Origin: Oscillospiraceae bacterium
Lineage (GTDB): Bacteria; Bacillota; Clostridia; Oscillospirales; Acutalibacteraceae
Assembly: GCA_031283835.1 (NCBI GenBank)
Contig: JAITBA010000081.1
Location: forward strand, 1 to 33,385
Reading direction: 5' to 3'
Length of the DNA: 33,385 nt
Below are positions 12,858-21,000 of this stretch, in pieces. Position numbers and translations under genes: made by a program. The notes beneath the pieces were generated by a model. The model had not been told where the DNA came from and ran no database searches. It saw nothing but the letters and a program-made list of their open reading frames with translations. The first letter of the stretch is position 1, and every line of letters begins with the position of its first letter.

Positions 12858-13018
12858 GGCGTGTTGACACTACCCGAAATGTCCAGATTTTGAGCGGATT
12901 TTTTGCCGGGCAAGGCAATTTTTTTACAGTCATACTTTCGTATTACAAAAAAAATAACGCAGAACGGCGGAAAATCCGCCAGAAGATGGGCGTTGAGCGT
13001 TAGTGTCAACACGCCCTA
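12855..13018. mobile_element. MITE-like miniature inverted-repeat element, copy A (164 bp including flanking TA dinucleotides)
   Basis: The 18-bp perfect terminal inverted repeats are TAGGGCGTGTTGACACTA and TAGTGTCAACACGCCCTA. The interior is non-coding and AT-rich. A near-identical copy lies at 28277-28440 (3 mismatches). The flanking TA on both sides is consistent with a TA target-site duplication (IS630/Tc1-mariner style). Confidence 0.6.
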
Positions 13019-13031
13019 GGTGCCGGCGGCG

Positions 13032-13424
13032 CTAGTCGCGCTTCGATTTTCCGTAGCCGTAGCCGCCGATGCCGCCCGCGAGCACACCGCCCGCGGCATA
13101 GAGGATTTTCTCAATCAAGTTGGGGTTATCGCGGAAGAGCACTAAGATGACCACGACAAGAATGGCCGCGACAACGCTGCCCGCAAACAGCAGCAGGTGG
13201 CGGGTCTGGGTTTCTTTGTGCTGGAACGCAATGCTTTTTTCTCTGATTTCCTGGTCCCGCGTAATATGTTCCCCGGTCACTTTGTCTGCCAGCGGAGAAC
13301 TGTTCATCCTGCCAAAGATCGCCATCATCGTCTGCGTTTTTTGAATCACTTCCGTTGGAATATCTTCTAGCACTTCGTTGGCTTCCCCCATCTCCTTGGA
13401 GATATCCGCTTCTGGTTCAGGCAT
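13032..13424 (-). CDS. Hypothetical membrane protein (acidic N-terminus, one TM helix, Gly-rich C-terminus)
   Basis: Strong RBS GAGGGAGGGG 6 nt upstream of the ATG at 13424. The start overlaps the upstream gene's stop (ATGCCTGA), indicating coupling. Contains the TM segment LLLFAGSVVAAILVVVILVLF and a Gly-zipper GGVLAGGIGGYGYG. The longer track ORF begins at a TTG. Confidence 0.5.
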   Translation of the reverse strand: MPEPEADISKEMGEANEVLEDIPTEVIQKTQTMMAIFGRMNSSPLADKVTGEHITRDQEIREKSIAFQHKETQTRHLLLFAGSVVAAILVVVILVLFRDNPNLIEKILYAAGGVLAGGIGGYGYGKSKRD

Positions 13425-13722
13425 TGCGCCCCTCCCTCTTGCCGCCGTGTTTTTTTTCAATCTCCTCAAGATACGCCGCCATCAGGCAGCCCATAAGCAA
13501 GTTCTGCTGTTCTTGTTCGGCCAGCTTGCTTTTTGCCAGCGCAAGCTCCATGTTGTTGTTTGTTTGTTTGCCCTCCAGCCGCAGTTGCAGGTCAAACAAG
13601 CGCAATTCCAAGGGCTGCACAATGGTGTCCATTGCCTCGGAGGCAAGGATTTCTTTTTGCTTTTTTGCGCCGGGCCGCACCGCCATTGTTGTTGCGCGCA
13701 TGATTTTCCCTTCTCTTTTCAT
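13417..13722 (-). CDS. Hypothetical small coiled-coil protein (about 101 aa)
   Basis: ATG at 13722 has a GGAGGTG RBS, with a TATAAT box about 25 nt upstream. Predicted helical: LELRLFDLQLRLEGKQ...LAKSKLAEQEQQNLL. Translationally coupled to the downstream membrane protein. Confidence 0.45.
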   Translation of the reverse strand: MKREGKIMRATTMAVRPGAKKQKEILASEAMDTIVQPLELRLFDLQLRLEGKQTNNNMELALAKSKLAEQEQQNLLMGCLMAAYLEEIEKKHGGKREGRNA

Positions 13723-13853
13723 CGGCACACACCTCCAAATTATACTATGCGCCAAACGCGGCAAAAGCCCCCCATTGGCACAAAGGTCTCGTGTGGCAGT
13801 TCCACATCATTTGCATTGTGTTTGCGGCCTTTGCCTGTGCCGCGTCAAAACCG

Positions 13854-16232
13854 CTATATTCCCGCAACAACCACACTGCCGTTCTCTTGGCTAAGCTGCA
13901 CGCTGTGCAGGTGCGCGTCGAGGTTTTCCACCAGCAGGGCGGTGATGGGGTCCTCCACCTGGCGGCGCAGCACGTTGCGCAGGTCGCGGGCCCCGCGGGT
14001 GCCGCCAAGCGCTTTGGCGGCCAGGGTCTGCACCGCTTCGGGGTCCCAGCCAAACACAATCCCTTTTTCGGCAAGAGAATCTTTCAGTTCCTGCAATTGC
14101 AGTGTGGCAATTTGCGCAAAGTCCTCTTGCGCAAGGTCGTGGAACACCACAATTTCGTCTACGCGGCCCAAAAATTCGGGTCGCAAAAATTCTTTCAGTG
14201 CCTTCATAGCGCGCTCTTGGGTGGCAGTCTCGCGGGTTTTGCCAAAGCCAAGGGCGTTTTCTTTGCGGTCGCTGCCCGCGTTGGAGGTCATAATGATCAC
14301 GGTGTTCTCGAACCCCACCTCGCGGCCCTGCGCGTCGTGAATACGGCCTTCGTCAAGAATTTGCAGCAGTATGTTCATAACATCGGGGTGGGCTTTTTCG
14401 ATTTCGTCAAACAGCACCACGCTGTAGGGCTTGCGGCGCACTTTCTCGGTGAGCTGCCCCGCCTCGTCGTAGCCCACATAGCCCGGCGGGGAGCCGATGA
14501 TGCGGCTGACCGCGTGCTTTTCCATAAATTCCGACATATCCAGGCGGATGAGGGTTTCGGGTTTGTCAAACAGCTCCGCGGCCAGGCGCTTGACCAGCTC
14601 CGTTTTGCCCACGCCCGTGGGGCCAACAAAGATGAACGACGCCGGGCGGCGCTGTGGGCTGAGCTGCACGCGGCTGCGTCGAATGGCCGCCGCCACCTTG
14701 GCCACGGCCTCGTTTTGCCCAATAATATGCGTGCGCAGCACGGTTTCGAGGTTTTGCAGGCGGCGGATATCGCTTTCGATCACTTTTTGCGCGGGAATGC
14801 CCGTCCACAGTTGAATCACACGGGCCAGGTCGTCTTCTGTGACAAGGTTGTTTGCCGCCAGAACCTTCAGGGTCGCCGCGTGGGTTTCTTCGCGAATCAT
14901 CTCGGAGCGGATGACCGAAATTTTTTCATAATCCACATCCCGCGCGTCCATTTGTTGCTGCTGTTCTTGCGCCAGCCTCGAAAGTTTGCGGCGCACTTTT
15001 TCCAGCTCGTCGATGGCGCTGTTGCGCAGGTTGGCGCAGGTGCAGGCCTCGTCCAGCAAGTCGATGGCTTTGTCGGGCAAAAACCGGTCGCTGATATACC
15101 GCTCGCTGAGCACCACAGCCTTGCGCACAAGGCCGTTGGTCACCTTCACTTTATGAAAGCTCTCGTAGTATTCTTTAATGCCCTCCAAAATTTTGCAGGT
15201 GTCGTCGACCGAAGGCTCTTCCACTTTTACGGGCTGCAATCGCCGCTCCAGCGCGGCGTCTTTTTCAATGTATTTCCGATATTCGGTGAAGGTTGTGGCC
15301 CCCACAATCTGCACTTCGCCCCGGCTCAGCGCGGGCTTGAGGATGTTTGCGGCGTTCATGCTGCCGTCGGCATCGCCCGCGCCCACAAGGGTGTGCACCT
15401 CGTCCACAAACAGGATGATATTCCCCAACGCCTTCACTTCTTCAATTAGGCCTTTGATTCGCGCCTCAAACTGCCCGCGAAACTGCGTGCCCGCCACCAG
15501 CGCGGTCATGTCGAGCAGGTGCACTTCTTTTTCGCTCAGGCGCGAGGGCACCGTGCCTTCGGCAATGCGCAGGGCAAGGCCTTCGGCAATGGCGGTTTTG
15601 CCCACGCCCGGCTCGCCAATGAGGCAGGGGTTGTTTTTGGTGCGGCGGCAAAGAATCTGCACCGTGCGATAAATCTCGTCTTCCCGGCCAATGACGGCGT
15701 CCAGTTGCCCGGTTCGCGCCTTTTCGGTCAGGTCCGCGCAAAACTGCGAAAGATATTTGCGGGCTTTCTCTTTTTTGCCTTTGCCCTTGCGCTCCCCGCG
15801 CCGTGGAGCCGAAACCGGCACAGCGTCGGGCGGCGGTTCTTCTTCGTCAATGTCAAAGTCGGCCGCGTCGTCTTTGCCTTCGCTTTCGGCGATAAAGCGC
15901 ATGGCCGCGCTGTCGTCAAAATCAGCGGCATCCATGGGTTCCCCCAGCTGGAACGCGCCCTCCACGGGGGTAAGCCCCGGCAGGTTCCGCATCATCTGCC
16001 GAAAGATCTCTTCGCCGCCGTTTTCAAATAGCGCCCCCATCTGCTCCCCGGCGTTTTCAAGCTCTTCCTCGGGCATGCCCATGTTGCGCAGCATGGCCTG
16101 CACCTGGCCAATATTCATCTCCATGGCGCACTGCAGACAATAGGCGGTCTGCGCCGCGCTTTGGTTCACCATGCGGTTGACAAAAAACATTGCGGGGCGC
16201 TTGTGGCAGCGCGAACATAGTAACTGGGACAT
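13854..16232 (-). CDS. clpE: Clp ATPase of ClpE type (N-terminal Zn-ribbon + two AAA+ modules)
   Basis: N-terminal Zn-ribbon CSRCHKRPA...CLQCA. D1 Walker A is [21 protein letters not shown] and D2 Walker A is [17 protein letters not shown]. There is an IGF-like ClpP-docking loop region. 792 aa. Confidence 0.85.
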   Translation of the reverse strand: MSQLLCSRCHKRPAMFFVNRMVNQSAAQTAYCLQCAMEMNIGQVQAMLRNMGMPEEELENAGEQMGALFENGGEEIFRQMMRNLPGLTPVEGAFQLGEPMDAADFDDSAAMRFIAESEGKDDAADFDIDEEEPPPDAVPVSAPRRGERKGKGKKEKARKYLSQFCADLTEKARTGQLDAVIGREDEIYRTVQILCRRTKNNPCLIGEPGVGKTAIAEGLALRIAEGTVPSRLSEKEVHLLDMTALVAGTQFRGQFEARIKGLIEEVKALGNIILFVDEVHTLVGAGDADGSMNAANILKPALSRGEVQIVGATTFTEYRKYIEKDAALERRLQPVKVEEPSVDDTCKILEGIKEYYESFHKVKVTNGLVRKAVVLSERYISDRFLPDKAIDLLDEACTCANLRNSAIDELEKVRRKLSRLAQEQQQQMDARDVDYEKISVIRSEMIREETHAATLKVLAANNLVTEDDLARVIQLWTGIPAQKVIESDIRRLQNLETVLRTHIIGQNEAVAKVAAAIRRSRVQLSPQRRPASFIFVGPTGVGKTELVKRLAAELFDKPETLIRLDMSEFMEKHAVSRIIGSPPGYVGYDEAGQLTEKVRRKPYSVVLFDEIEKAHPDVMNILLQILDEGRIHDAQGREVGFENTVIIMTSNAGSDRKENALGFGKTRETATQERAMKALKEFLRPEFLGRVDEIVVFHDLAQEDFAQIATLQLQELKDSLAEKGIVFGWDPEAVQTLAAKALGGTRGARDLRNVLRRQVEDPITALLVENLDAHLHSVQLSQENGSVVVAGI

Positions 16233-16270
16233 GAGTTTGCCTTTCGTTTGTCACTTGGGTAGTGGAAAAA

Positions 16271-16376
16271 TTTTAAACTTTAAACTTTTAAATTTTATAG
16301 CTGATGCAGTTGAAGAGTGCCTTTAAATTTTATAGCCGATGCAGTGGAAGCGCACCTTTCAGTTGAAGCGCGTGCG
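16271..16376. repeat. AT-rich tandem direct repeats in the clpE upstream region
   Basis: The heptad AAACTTT occurs twice in tandem. Two units of about 36 bp follow (TTTTAAATTTTATAGCtGATGCAGTtGAAGaGtGCC and TTTAAATTTTATAGCcGATGCAGTgGAAGcGcaCC), then a third partial unit CAGTTGAAGCGCG. On the clpE-coding (minus) strand each unit carries TATAAAAT. Confidence 0.5.
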
Positions 16377-16415
16377 AGGCTTTTTGCGGAGGATTTTCGC
16401 CTTTCCGCGTCGTGC

Positions 16416-17054
16416 CTACGCTTGCGCGTCCTTCTCTTTTCCAAATAGCTTCCGGTACGTATCCGGGAAGTAGCTGAAAAAGGCCACAAAGGTGAGCACC
16501 AGGTTGAGGACGACCAAAATTTGCACGGCGAGGGCGGGCAAAGACCACCACTTTGCCAGCACGCCCACTTCGGGCCCGGCAAGAAACAGCAGAACCATCA
16601 CGCTATAGAACACGGCCGTGGCGGCTTTGCCCCAAAATTCGGCGGCGGCGGGCCGTTTTTTTAGCAGCAGCATAAGCCCCGCAAAGGCCAACATAATCAC
16701 CTCTTTGGCAATAAACAGCAAAAACACCCAGGCAAAGGCGTGCATCCAGGGGTTTGACGCCGCGTCGGCGCCGCGAAACTTTAGGAACATCAGAACGGCC
16801 AAGGTGACCTGTGTGAGCTTGTCGGCTGTTGGATCGAGGATTTTGCCCAGGTCGCTCACCTGGTGGGTGCGGCGGGCGATTGTGCCGTCCAATTTATCCG
16901 AAAGCCCCGAAAGCGCCACCAGCACCAGCGCCAGCACCATGTGCCCCGGCGTCATATAGGCCCAGACAAACAACGGGATGATGAGAATACGCACGACAGA
17001 AATCACATTGGGGATGGTGAACACCCGGTTCCCGTTTTTGCTTTGCTCTGCCAT
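16416..17054 (-). CDS. pgsA: CDP-diacylglycerol--glycerol-3-phosphate 3-phosphatidyltransferase (CDP-alcohol phosphatidyltransferase family)
   Basis: The CDP-OH phosphatidyltransferase motif DKLDGTIARRTHQVSDLGKILDPTADKL (D-G-x2-A-R...G-x3-D-x3-D) is present, with multiple TM helices. RBS AAGGAG upstream. 212 aa. Confidence 0.85.
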   Translation of the reverse strand: MAEQSKNGNRVFTIPNVISVVRILIIPLFVWAYMTPGHMVLALVLVALSGLSDKLDGTIARRTHQVSDLGKILDPTADKLTQVTLAVLMFLKFRGADAASNPWMHAFAWVFLLFIAKEVIMLAFAGLMLLLKKRPAAAEFWGKAATAVFYSVMVLLFLAGPEVGVLAKWWSLPALAVQILVVLNLVLTFVAFFSYFPDTYRKLFGKEKDAQA

Positions 17055-17099
17055 AGAAACATCTCCTTTGCAACTTTTATACTGTGTTTATAAGTCAAA

Positions 17100-17789
17100 T
17101 CAAATTTCGAACGCCAAATGGGTTGCAACGCGGGAGCCTTCGACGGCCAACCGCATGGTGTCGCCGCCCAAACGCAGTGCCGCCGCCGCGCGCAGCAGCA
17201 GGGCCAGCACCACCAGCATTAGCAGCCCTTTCACAATCCCCAGCCCCGCGCCCAATAATTTATCGGCCTGTTTGAGCACCGGCAAGCGCTTGATTTTCTC
17301 GATTTTGCGGCAAATTGCACGGGTGACAAACAGCAAAGCCGCAAACAGCACAAACCGCAGTGCCAGGCGGAACACCGTCACCGCAATGGGTGCTACAATC
17401 GTCTGCTCCAGCAGCGCGGCCGCGTTTTGCGCGGTGAACTGCTGCGCCGTCAACTGCTCTGTTAGCCCGGCGACCGAAAACCGTGCCACCGCCGCCAGGT
17501 TCACCAGCGCTTCGGGCAGCGCCGCGAACATTTTTTGCGCGGCCTGTGCCGCGTCGCCAACGGGCAGCGTGCCAATGTTCCGCGCAATCATGTCGCGCGC
17601 CGCGTTTTGCGCAAAGATTTCGTAGAGCGGCCGGGCCAGCAGGTCGCCCAGCGTGCTTGCCAGCGCAATGCTCACAATCCACGCGCCCAACTGCAGCGCA
17701 CAGGCAAAAAAGCCCCGTTTTGCCGCGGCAATCACCACCGCCGCAAACGCCGCCAGCAATATCCCGTCCAAAACCCAGCCTGCCATCAT
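17100..17789 (-). CDS. cvpA: CvpA-family membrane protein (colicin V production protein-like)
   Basis: Begins MMAGWVLDGILLAAFAAVVIAAAKRGFFACALQLGAWIVSIALA, matching the CvpA N-terminal pattern, with four predicted TM helices. RBS GACGGAGGG lies 6 nt before the ATG at 17789. The track ORF extends further to 17822. Confidence 0.65.
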   Translation of the reverse strand: MMAGWVLDGILLAAFAAVVIAAAKRGFFACALQLGAWIVSIALASTLGDLLARPLYEIFAQNAARDMIARNIGTLPVGDAAQAAQKMFAALPEALVNLAAVARFSVAGLTEQLTAQQFTAQNAAALLEQTIVAPIAVTVFRLALRFVLFAALLFVTRAICRKIEKIKRLPVLKQADKLLGAGLGIVKGLLMLVVLALLLRAAAALRLGGDTMRLAVEGSRVATHLAFEI

Positions 17790-18121
17790 GGCGCGCCCTC
17801 CGTCTTTTGTGTACGAAAACATCTCCTATAATATAGTATACCACGTTTTTTCTCGAAAAGCAAGCCCTTGCTGTCGAATTCCCGCGCTGCCCTTTTTGTC
17901 CAGCCCCGCCATCGCGTCCTTGCCGTGCTTGTCGGCTTTGTCTATCTCAATTTTAGCGGAAAATCCGTTGACGTTGGGCACGGAGAGCAGCCCGATGGCG
18001 GTGCTGTCGTCTGCCCTGCTTTTTTATACTGTTTTGCGAATAGAAACAACACTCCCCCCATCCCTGAACGCCTATACAAAAATTGCATGGGCGTATTTTT
18101 TTGAGAAAGGAATTGAAAACA

Positions 18122-18706
18122 ATGACAAAATTTGCCTATGTACGCATCTCAACGGCAGAACAGAACGAACTGAGACAGGTTATCGCCATGGAGGACCTCA
18201 AAATCCCAAAAGAAAACATCTACATGGATAAGTTGTCGGGCAAAAACACCGCGCGTCCGGGTTTGCAAAAACTTTTAGCCACCGTAAAGCAGGGCGACGT
18301 CATCTATGTTGAATCCTTCAGCCGCTTTGCCCGCAATACAAGGGATTTATTAGATCTTGTGGAACAACTCTCCGAAATGGGCGTGGGATTTGTGAGCCTG
18401 AAAGAAAAAATCGACACAGGCACACCCACGGGCAAGTTTATGCTGACCGTGTTTGCGGGCATCGCCGAACTCGAGCGGGCTTTCATTTTGCAGCGTTCAA
18501 GGGAGGGCATTGAAGCGGCAAGACGCGCGGGCAAACACCTCGGCAGACCAGTAAAAAACGCCCCCGATGACTTTGACACGCTGGTCAAAGACTGGGAGCG
18601 CAAGGTGATTCCACTGTCAAAAGTCCTCGAACAGTGCGGCAGCATCAGCGAGAGCACCTTCTACCGAAGACGCCGGGAACACCGCATTATCAAAGGAAAA
18701 AAATAA
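18122..18706 (+). CDS. Small serine recombinase (resolvase/invertase family: catalytic domain + C-terminal HTH)
   Basis: Begins MTKFAYVRISTAEQNELRQ with the catalytic Ser in the YVRIST motif. Has the resolvase-type core (GDVIYVESFSRFARNTRDLLDLVEQL, GVGFVSL) and a C-terminal HTH. About 195 aa, a size typical of Hin/Gin/Fim-type invertases. Its stop lies 8 bp from the left inverted repeat. Confidence 0.88.
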   Translation: MTKFAYVRISTAEQNELRQVIAMEDLKIPKENIYMDKLSGKNTARPGLQKLLATVKQGDVIYVESFSRFARNTRDLLDLVEQLSEMGVGFVSLKEKIDTGTPTGKFMLTVFAGIAELERAFILQRSREGIEAARRAGKHLGRPVKNAPDDFDTLVKDWERKVIPLSKVLEQCGSISESTFYRRRREHRIIKGKK

Positions 18707-18713
18707 AGAAAAC

Positions 18714-18740
18714 TGTCAAAAGGCATACCTTTTGAGAGCG
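18714..18740. repeat. Left inverted repeat of the putative invertible segment (27 bp)
   Basis: Exact reverse complement of 18869-18895. Confidence 0.8.
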
Positions 18741-18794
18741 GTCGGGGTTGAAGAAAATTATTGAAAAATTCATAGATTGTCTTCAATTTTGCTG

Positions 18795-18823
18795 TTGCAT
18801 TTTTCGATAAAATGTGTTAAAAT
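18795..18823 (+). promoter_or_regulatory. Sigma-A type promoter inside the invertible segment, currently oriented toward the downstream island operon
   Basis: TTGCAT at 18795-18800, 17-nt spacer, TAAAAT at 18818-18823. The first downstream gene starts at 18949. Confidence 0.55.
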
Positions 18824-18868
18824 AGACAAGTTATTAGGGTTTTGGTTCGAAAACGCCCGAAATTTGCT

Positions 18869-18895
18869 CGCTCTCAAAAGGTATGCCTTTTGACA
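18869..18895. repeat. Right inverted repeat of the putative invertible segment (27 bp)
   Basis: Exact reverse complement of 18714-18740. Confidence 0.8.
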
Positions 18896-18948
18896 ATTTG
18901 CAGTAGACAGGTACAATCCAAATAAATGGGCTAACGGGGTGAATTTGT

Positions 18949-20121
18949 ATGGCGATAATCAACAGGATCAAATATGATGGAAATGCCGATGGTTCTTCGT
19001 GGCTGGTGCATAAGTATCCCTCAGAGAGCTTTGTTCTTGGTTCTCAATTGATTGTCAACCAAGGGCAAGAGGCGTTGTTTCTCAAAGGCGGCGCGGCTCT
19101 CGACCTGTTTTCTGCGGGTACGCACACGCTAGCAACAGGCAATCTTCCCCTGCTAAACAAATTGGTCAACCTTCCCTTTGGCGGCAAAACCCCTTTTGCC
19201 GCCGAGGTTTACTATGTCAACAAAACAGCACGTTTGGATTTGGGCTGGGGAACAAGCAATCCCATAGACTTTGAAGACCCGAAATATCATATTTTCTTAA
19301 ATGTAAGGATCAACGGTCAGTTTGGTATCACCATCAACGATACACGGCTCTTTATCTCGCGTATCATCGGCGCGGTTCCAAACGGCTCTGTTTCGAACTA
19401 CCTTGTTATCTTAAAATATTTTAACGGCGTTATTAACACGAAAGTCAAGTCAATCGTAGCAAAATTCATGCTGGAAAAGAATATCTCGTTTCTTGAAATA
19501 TCAGCGCATCTTGATGATTTATCAGGCGTGTGCCAGTCGGCTATTAGTGAAGAATTTGAGCGGTTTGGCGTTGAGATAGTAAACTTCTTTGTGGAAACCA
19601 TTAAACCGCGCGAGGAAGATCTCGAGGCGATGAAAAAGAAACGCGAGGAAGTTTCCGCAATGAAGCTCGAATTGGGTGAGCTTGGGCGTGACTTCTACGC
19701 ACAAAGACGCTCGTTTGATGTAATGGAAGAAATGGCGGGCACCCCTGGATCCGGCGAATTGGCGAATGCGGGAATCGGTCTTGGAATAGGGCTTGGCGCG
19801 GCGGGTCAAATGGGCGGTGCGTTTGCCGGAATAGCGCAAAACATCAATCTCAACCCGCAACCTCCAGCTTCGGGTGGGGCGCTTAAATGCACAAAATGCG
19901 GCGCAGGTAATCCTCCGGGTCAAAAATTCTGTGGTACATGCGGTGAAAAGATTGAGCTTGGAATTAAATGCGCAGACTGCGGTGCTGTCGTTCCGCCGGG
20001 GCAAAAATTTTGCGGAGAGTGCGGAAAACCGATAGCTAATATTAAATGTCCGGCTTGCGGCGTCGAAAATGCGCCCACTCAAAAATTCTGCGGCGGATGC
20101 GGCAATAAATTGGGAGGTTAA
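18949..20121 (+). CDS. SPFH/band-7 (stomatin/prohibitin-like) domain protein with three C-terminal zinc-ribbon modules and a Gly-rich linker
   Basis: The N-terminal ~260 aa look SPFH-like (COG4260-type architecture). A Gly-rich low-complexity linker (GIGLGIGLGAAGQMGGAFAG) follows. Three CxxCG...QKFCGxCG zinc-ribbon repeats are at the C-terminus. The gene is AT-rich relative to the backbone. Confidence 0.75.
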   Translation: MAIINRIKYDGNADGSSWLVHKYPSESFVLGSQLIVNQGQEALFLKGGAALDLFSAGTHTLATGNLPLLNKLVNLPFGGKTPFAAEVYYVNKTARLDLGWGTSNPIDFEDPKYHIFLNVRINGQFGITINDTRLFISRIIGAVPNGSVSNYLVILKYFNGVINTKVKSIVAKFMLEKNISFLEISAHLDDLSGVCQSAISEEFERFGVEIVNFFVETIKPREEDLEAMKKKREEVSAMKLELGELGRDFYAQRRSFDVMEEMAGTPGSGELANAGIGLGIGLGAAGQMGGAFAGIAQNINLNPQPPASGGALKCTKCGAGNPPGQKFCGTCGEKIELGIKCADCGAVVPPGQKFCGECGKPIANIKCPACGVENAPTQKFCGGCGNKLGG

Positions 20122-20124
20122 GAA

Positions 20125-20730
20125 GTGGCAACATTAAAGGTTTCTGTTTTAGAATGTCCGCAATGCGGCGCTCCCGTCAAACCGGGAAGCAAAACCTGTG
20201 ATAGATGTTACTCTGAGTACATCGTCACGTCCGTCAGTAGCTTGAAAAAGTTTGACAGCTCCGGCATCAAGAAATATCTTGACGGCTACAAAAAGAATGT
20301 GGGGCTTGGCTGCGAAAGCGCCGAACTCTACACAGCAATGGGCATATGCCATCTAACGCGAAAGGTTTACCCTCACGCAATTAATTATTTTGAAAAGGCA
20401 ATTGCCTTGCTGCCAGAGGACGGCGACACGTATTATTATGCGGCGGTCGCTTTGCTGGAGGGGAAAAAGGCGTTTCTGACGAACAGGCCGGTTATTGATA
20501 AAATCGAAACATATCTGGCGAACGCACTGGGATTGGATGATAAGCCTGAATACTATGCTCTCTATGCGTACATAAAGTACGATTACTTTTTCAGAAAATC
20601 ATTCAACACATCGCCAACATACCGTGAGCTTCTTGTCGAGGCAATCAACCACGGGTTCAACCGCTTTGAATCCGATGCCTTATACGAAACGCTTTCGGTT
20701 GCTTGTCCAGGCCCGCTTGTGGTCCGCTAA
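20125..20730 (+). CDS. Hypothetical protein with an N-terminal Zn-ribbon (CPQCG...CDRC) and a helical, TPR-like C-terminal region
   Basis: GTG start 4 nt after the upstream stop, with RBS GGGAGG 7 nt upstream. Has a CxxC-x13-CxxC ribbon and a helical repeat region rich in Tyr/Ala/Leu. Confidence 0.55.
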   Translation: MATLKVSVLECPQCGAPVKPGSKTCDRCYSEYIVTSVSSLKKFDSSGIKKYLDGYKKNVGLGCESAELYTAMGICHLTRKVYPHAINYFEKAIALLPEDGDTYYYAAVALLEGKKAFLTNRPVIDKIETYLANALGLDDKPEYYALYAYIKYDYFFRKSFNTSPTYRELLVEAINHGFNRFESDALYETLSVACPGPLVVR

Positions 20731-21000
20731 CATTATGTTTTCCCCATCAAAAAACCCGTGCATGTTTCGTGTTCCAATGTTGGGTTTTGGGGTTACACAT
20801 CGGAGCACAACGATGTTTTGAGGGAGGAGCGTTGAATGTCTATGGAAAATATTTGGCGTGGCAGCGGATAAATTTTTCCATGAATGGGTTTCGGCATCCT
20901 ATTGTTAAAATGCCGCAAAAGGTTCGTACAAATGCCGCTCGGTAATGAACCTTAAAATCTCTTGAGCGGCAAATCAAAAATTTTTGGGAGGAATTTTTTT

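Larger units (their letters stand above)
18714..18895. promoter_or_regulatory. Putative invertible promoter switch: a 128-bp segment bounded by perfect 27-bp inverted repeats
   Basis: The left repeat TGTCAAAAGGCATACCTTTTGAGAGCG (18714-18740) is the exact reverse complement of the right repeat 18869-18895. Each contains an 18-bp dyad CAAAAGGCATACCTTTTG with a central AT. The enclosed segment carries a TTGCAT-17-TAAAAT promoter. A serine recombinase gene lies directly upstream. Confidence 0.6.

Noticed and set aside
16271-16376. Tandem repeats upstream of clpE as a CRISPR array or a canonical CtsR operator
   Set aside because: There are only 2-3 units with no unique spacers, so it is not CRISPR. 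The heptads (AAACTTT) do not match the CtsR GGTCAAA consensus, so only a generic regulatory repeat is claimed.
17868-18104. 78-aa plus-strand ORF, and a ~60-aa minus-strand open frame, in the cvpA-recombinase intergenic region
   Set aside because: No RBS and no recognisable motifs. The minus-strand frame looks like a gene remnant at best, and it is treated as non-coding or scar sequence.
18841-18852. GGTTCGAAA resembling a tRNA T-arm
   Set aside because: No acceptor stem or anticodon arm context. It lies inside the invertible promoter segment. No tRNA genes were detected in the window.
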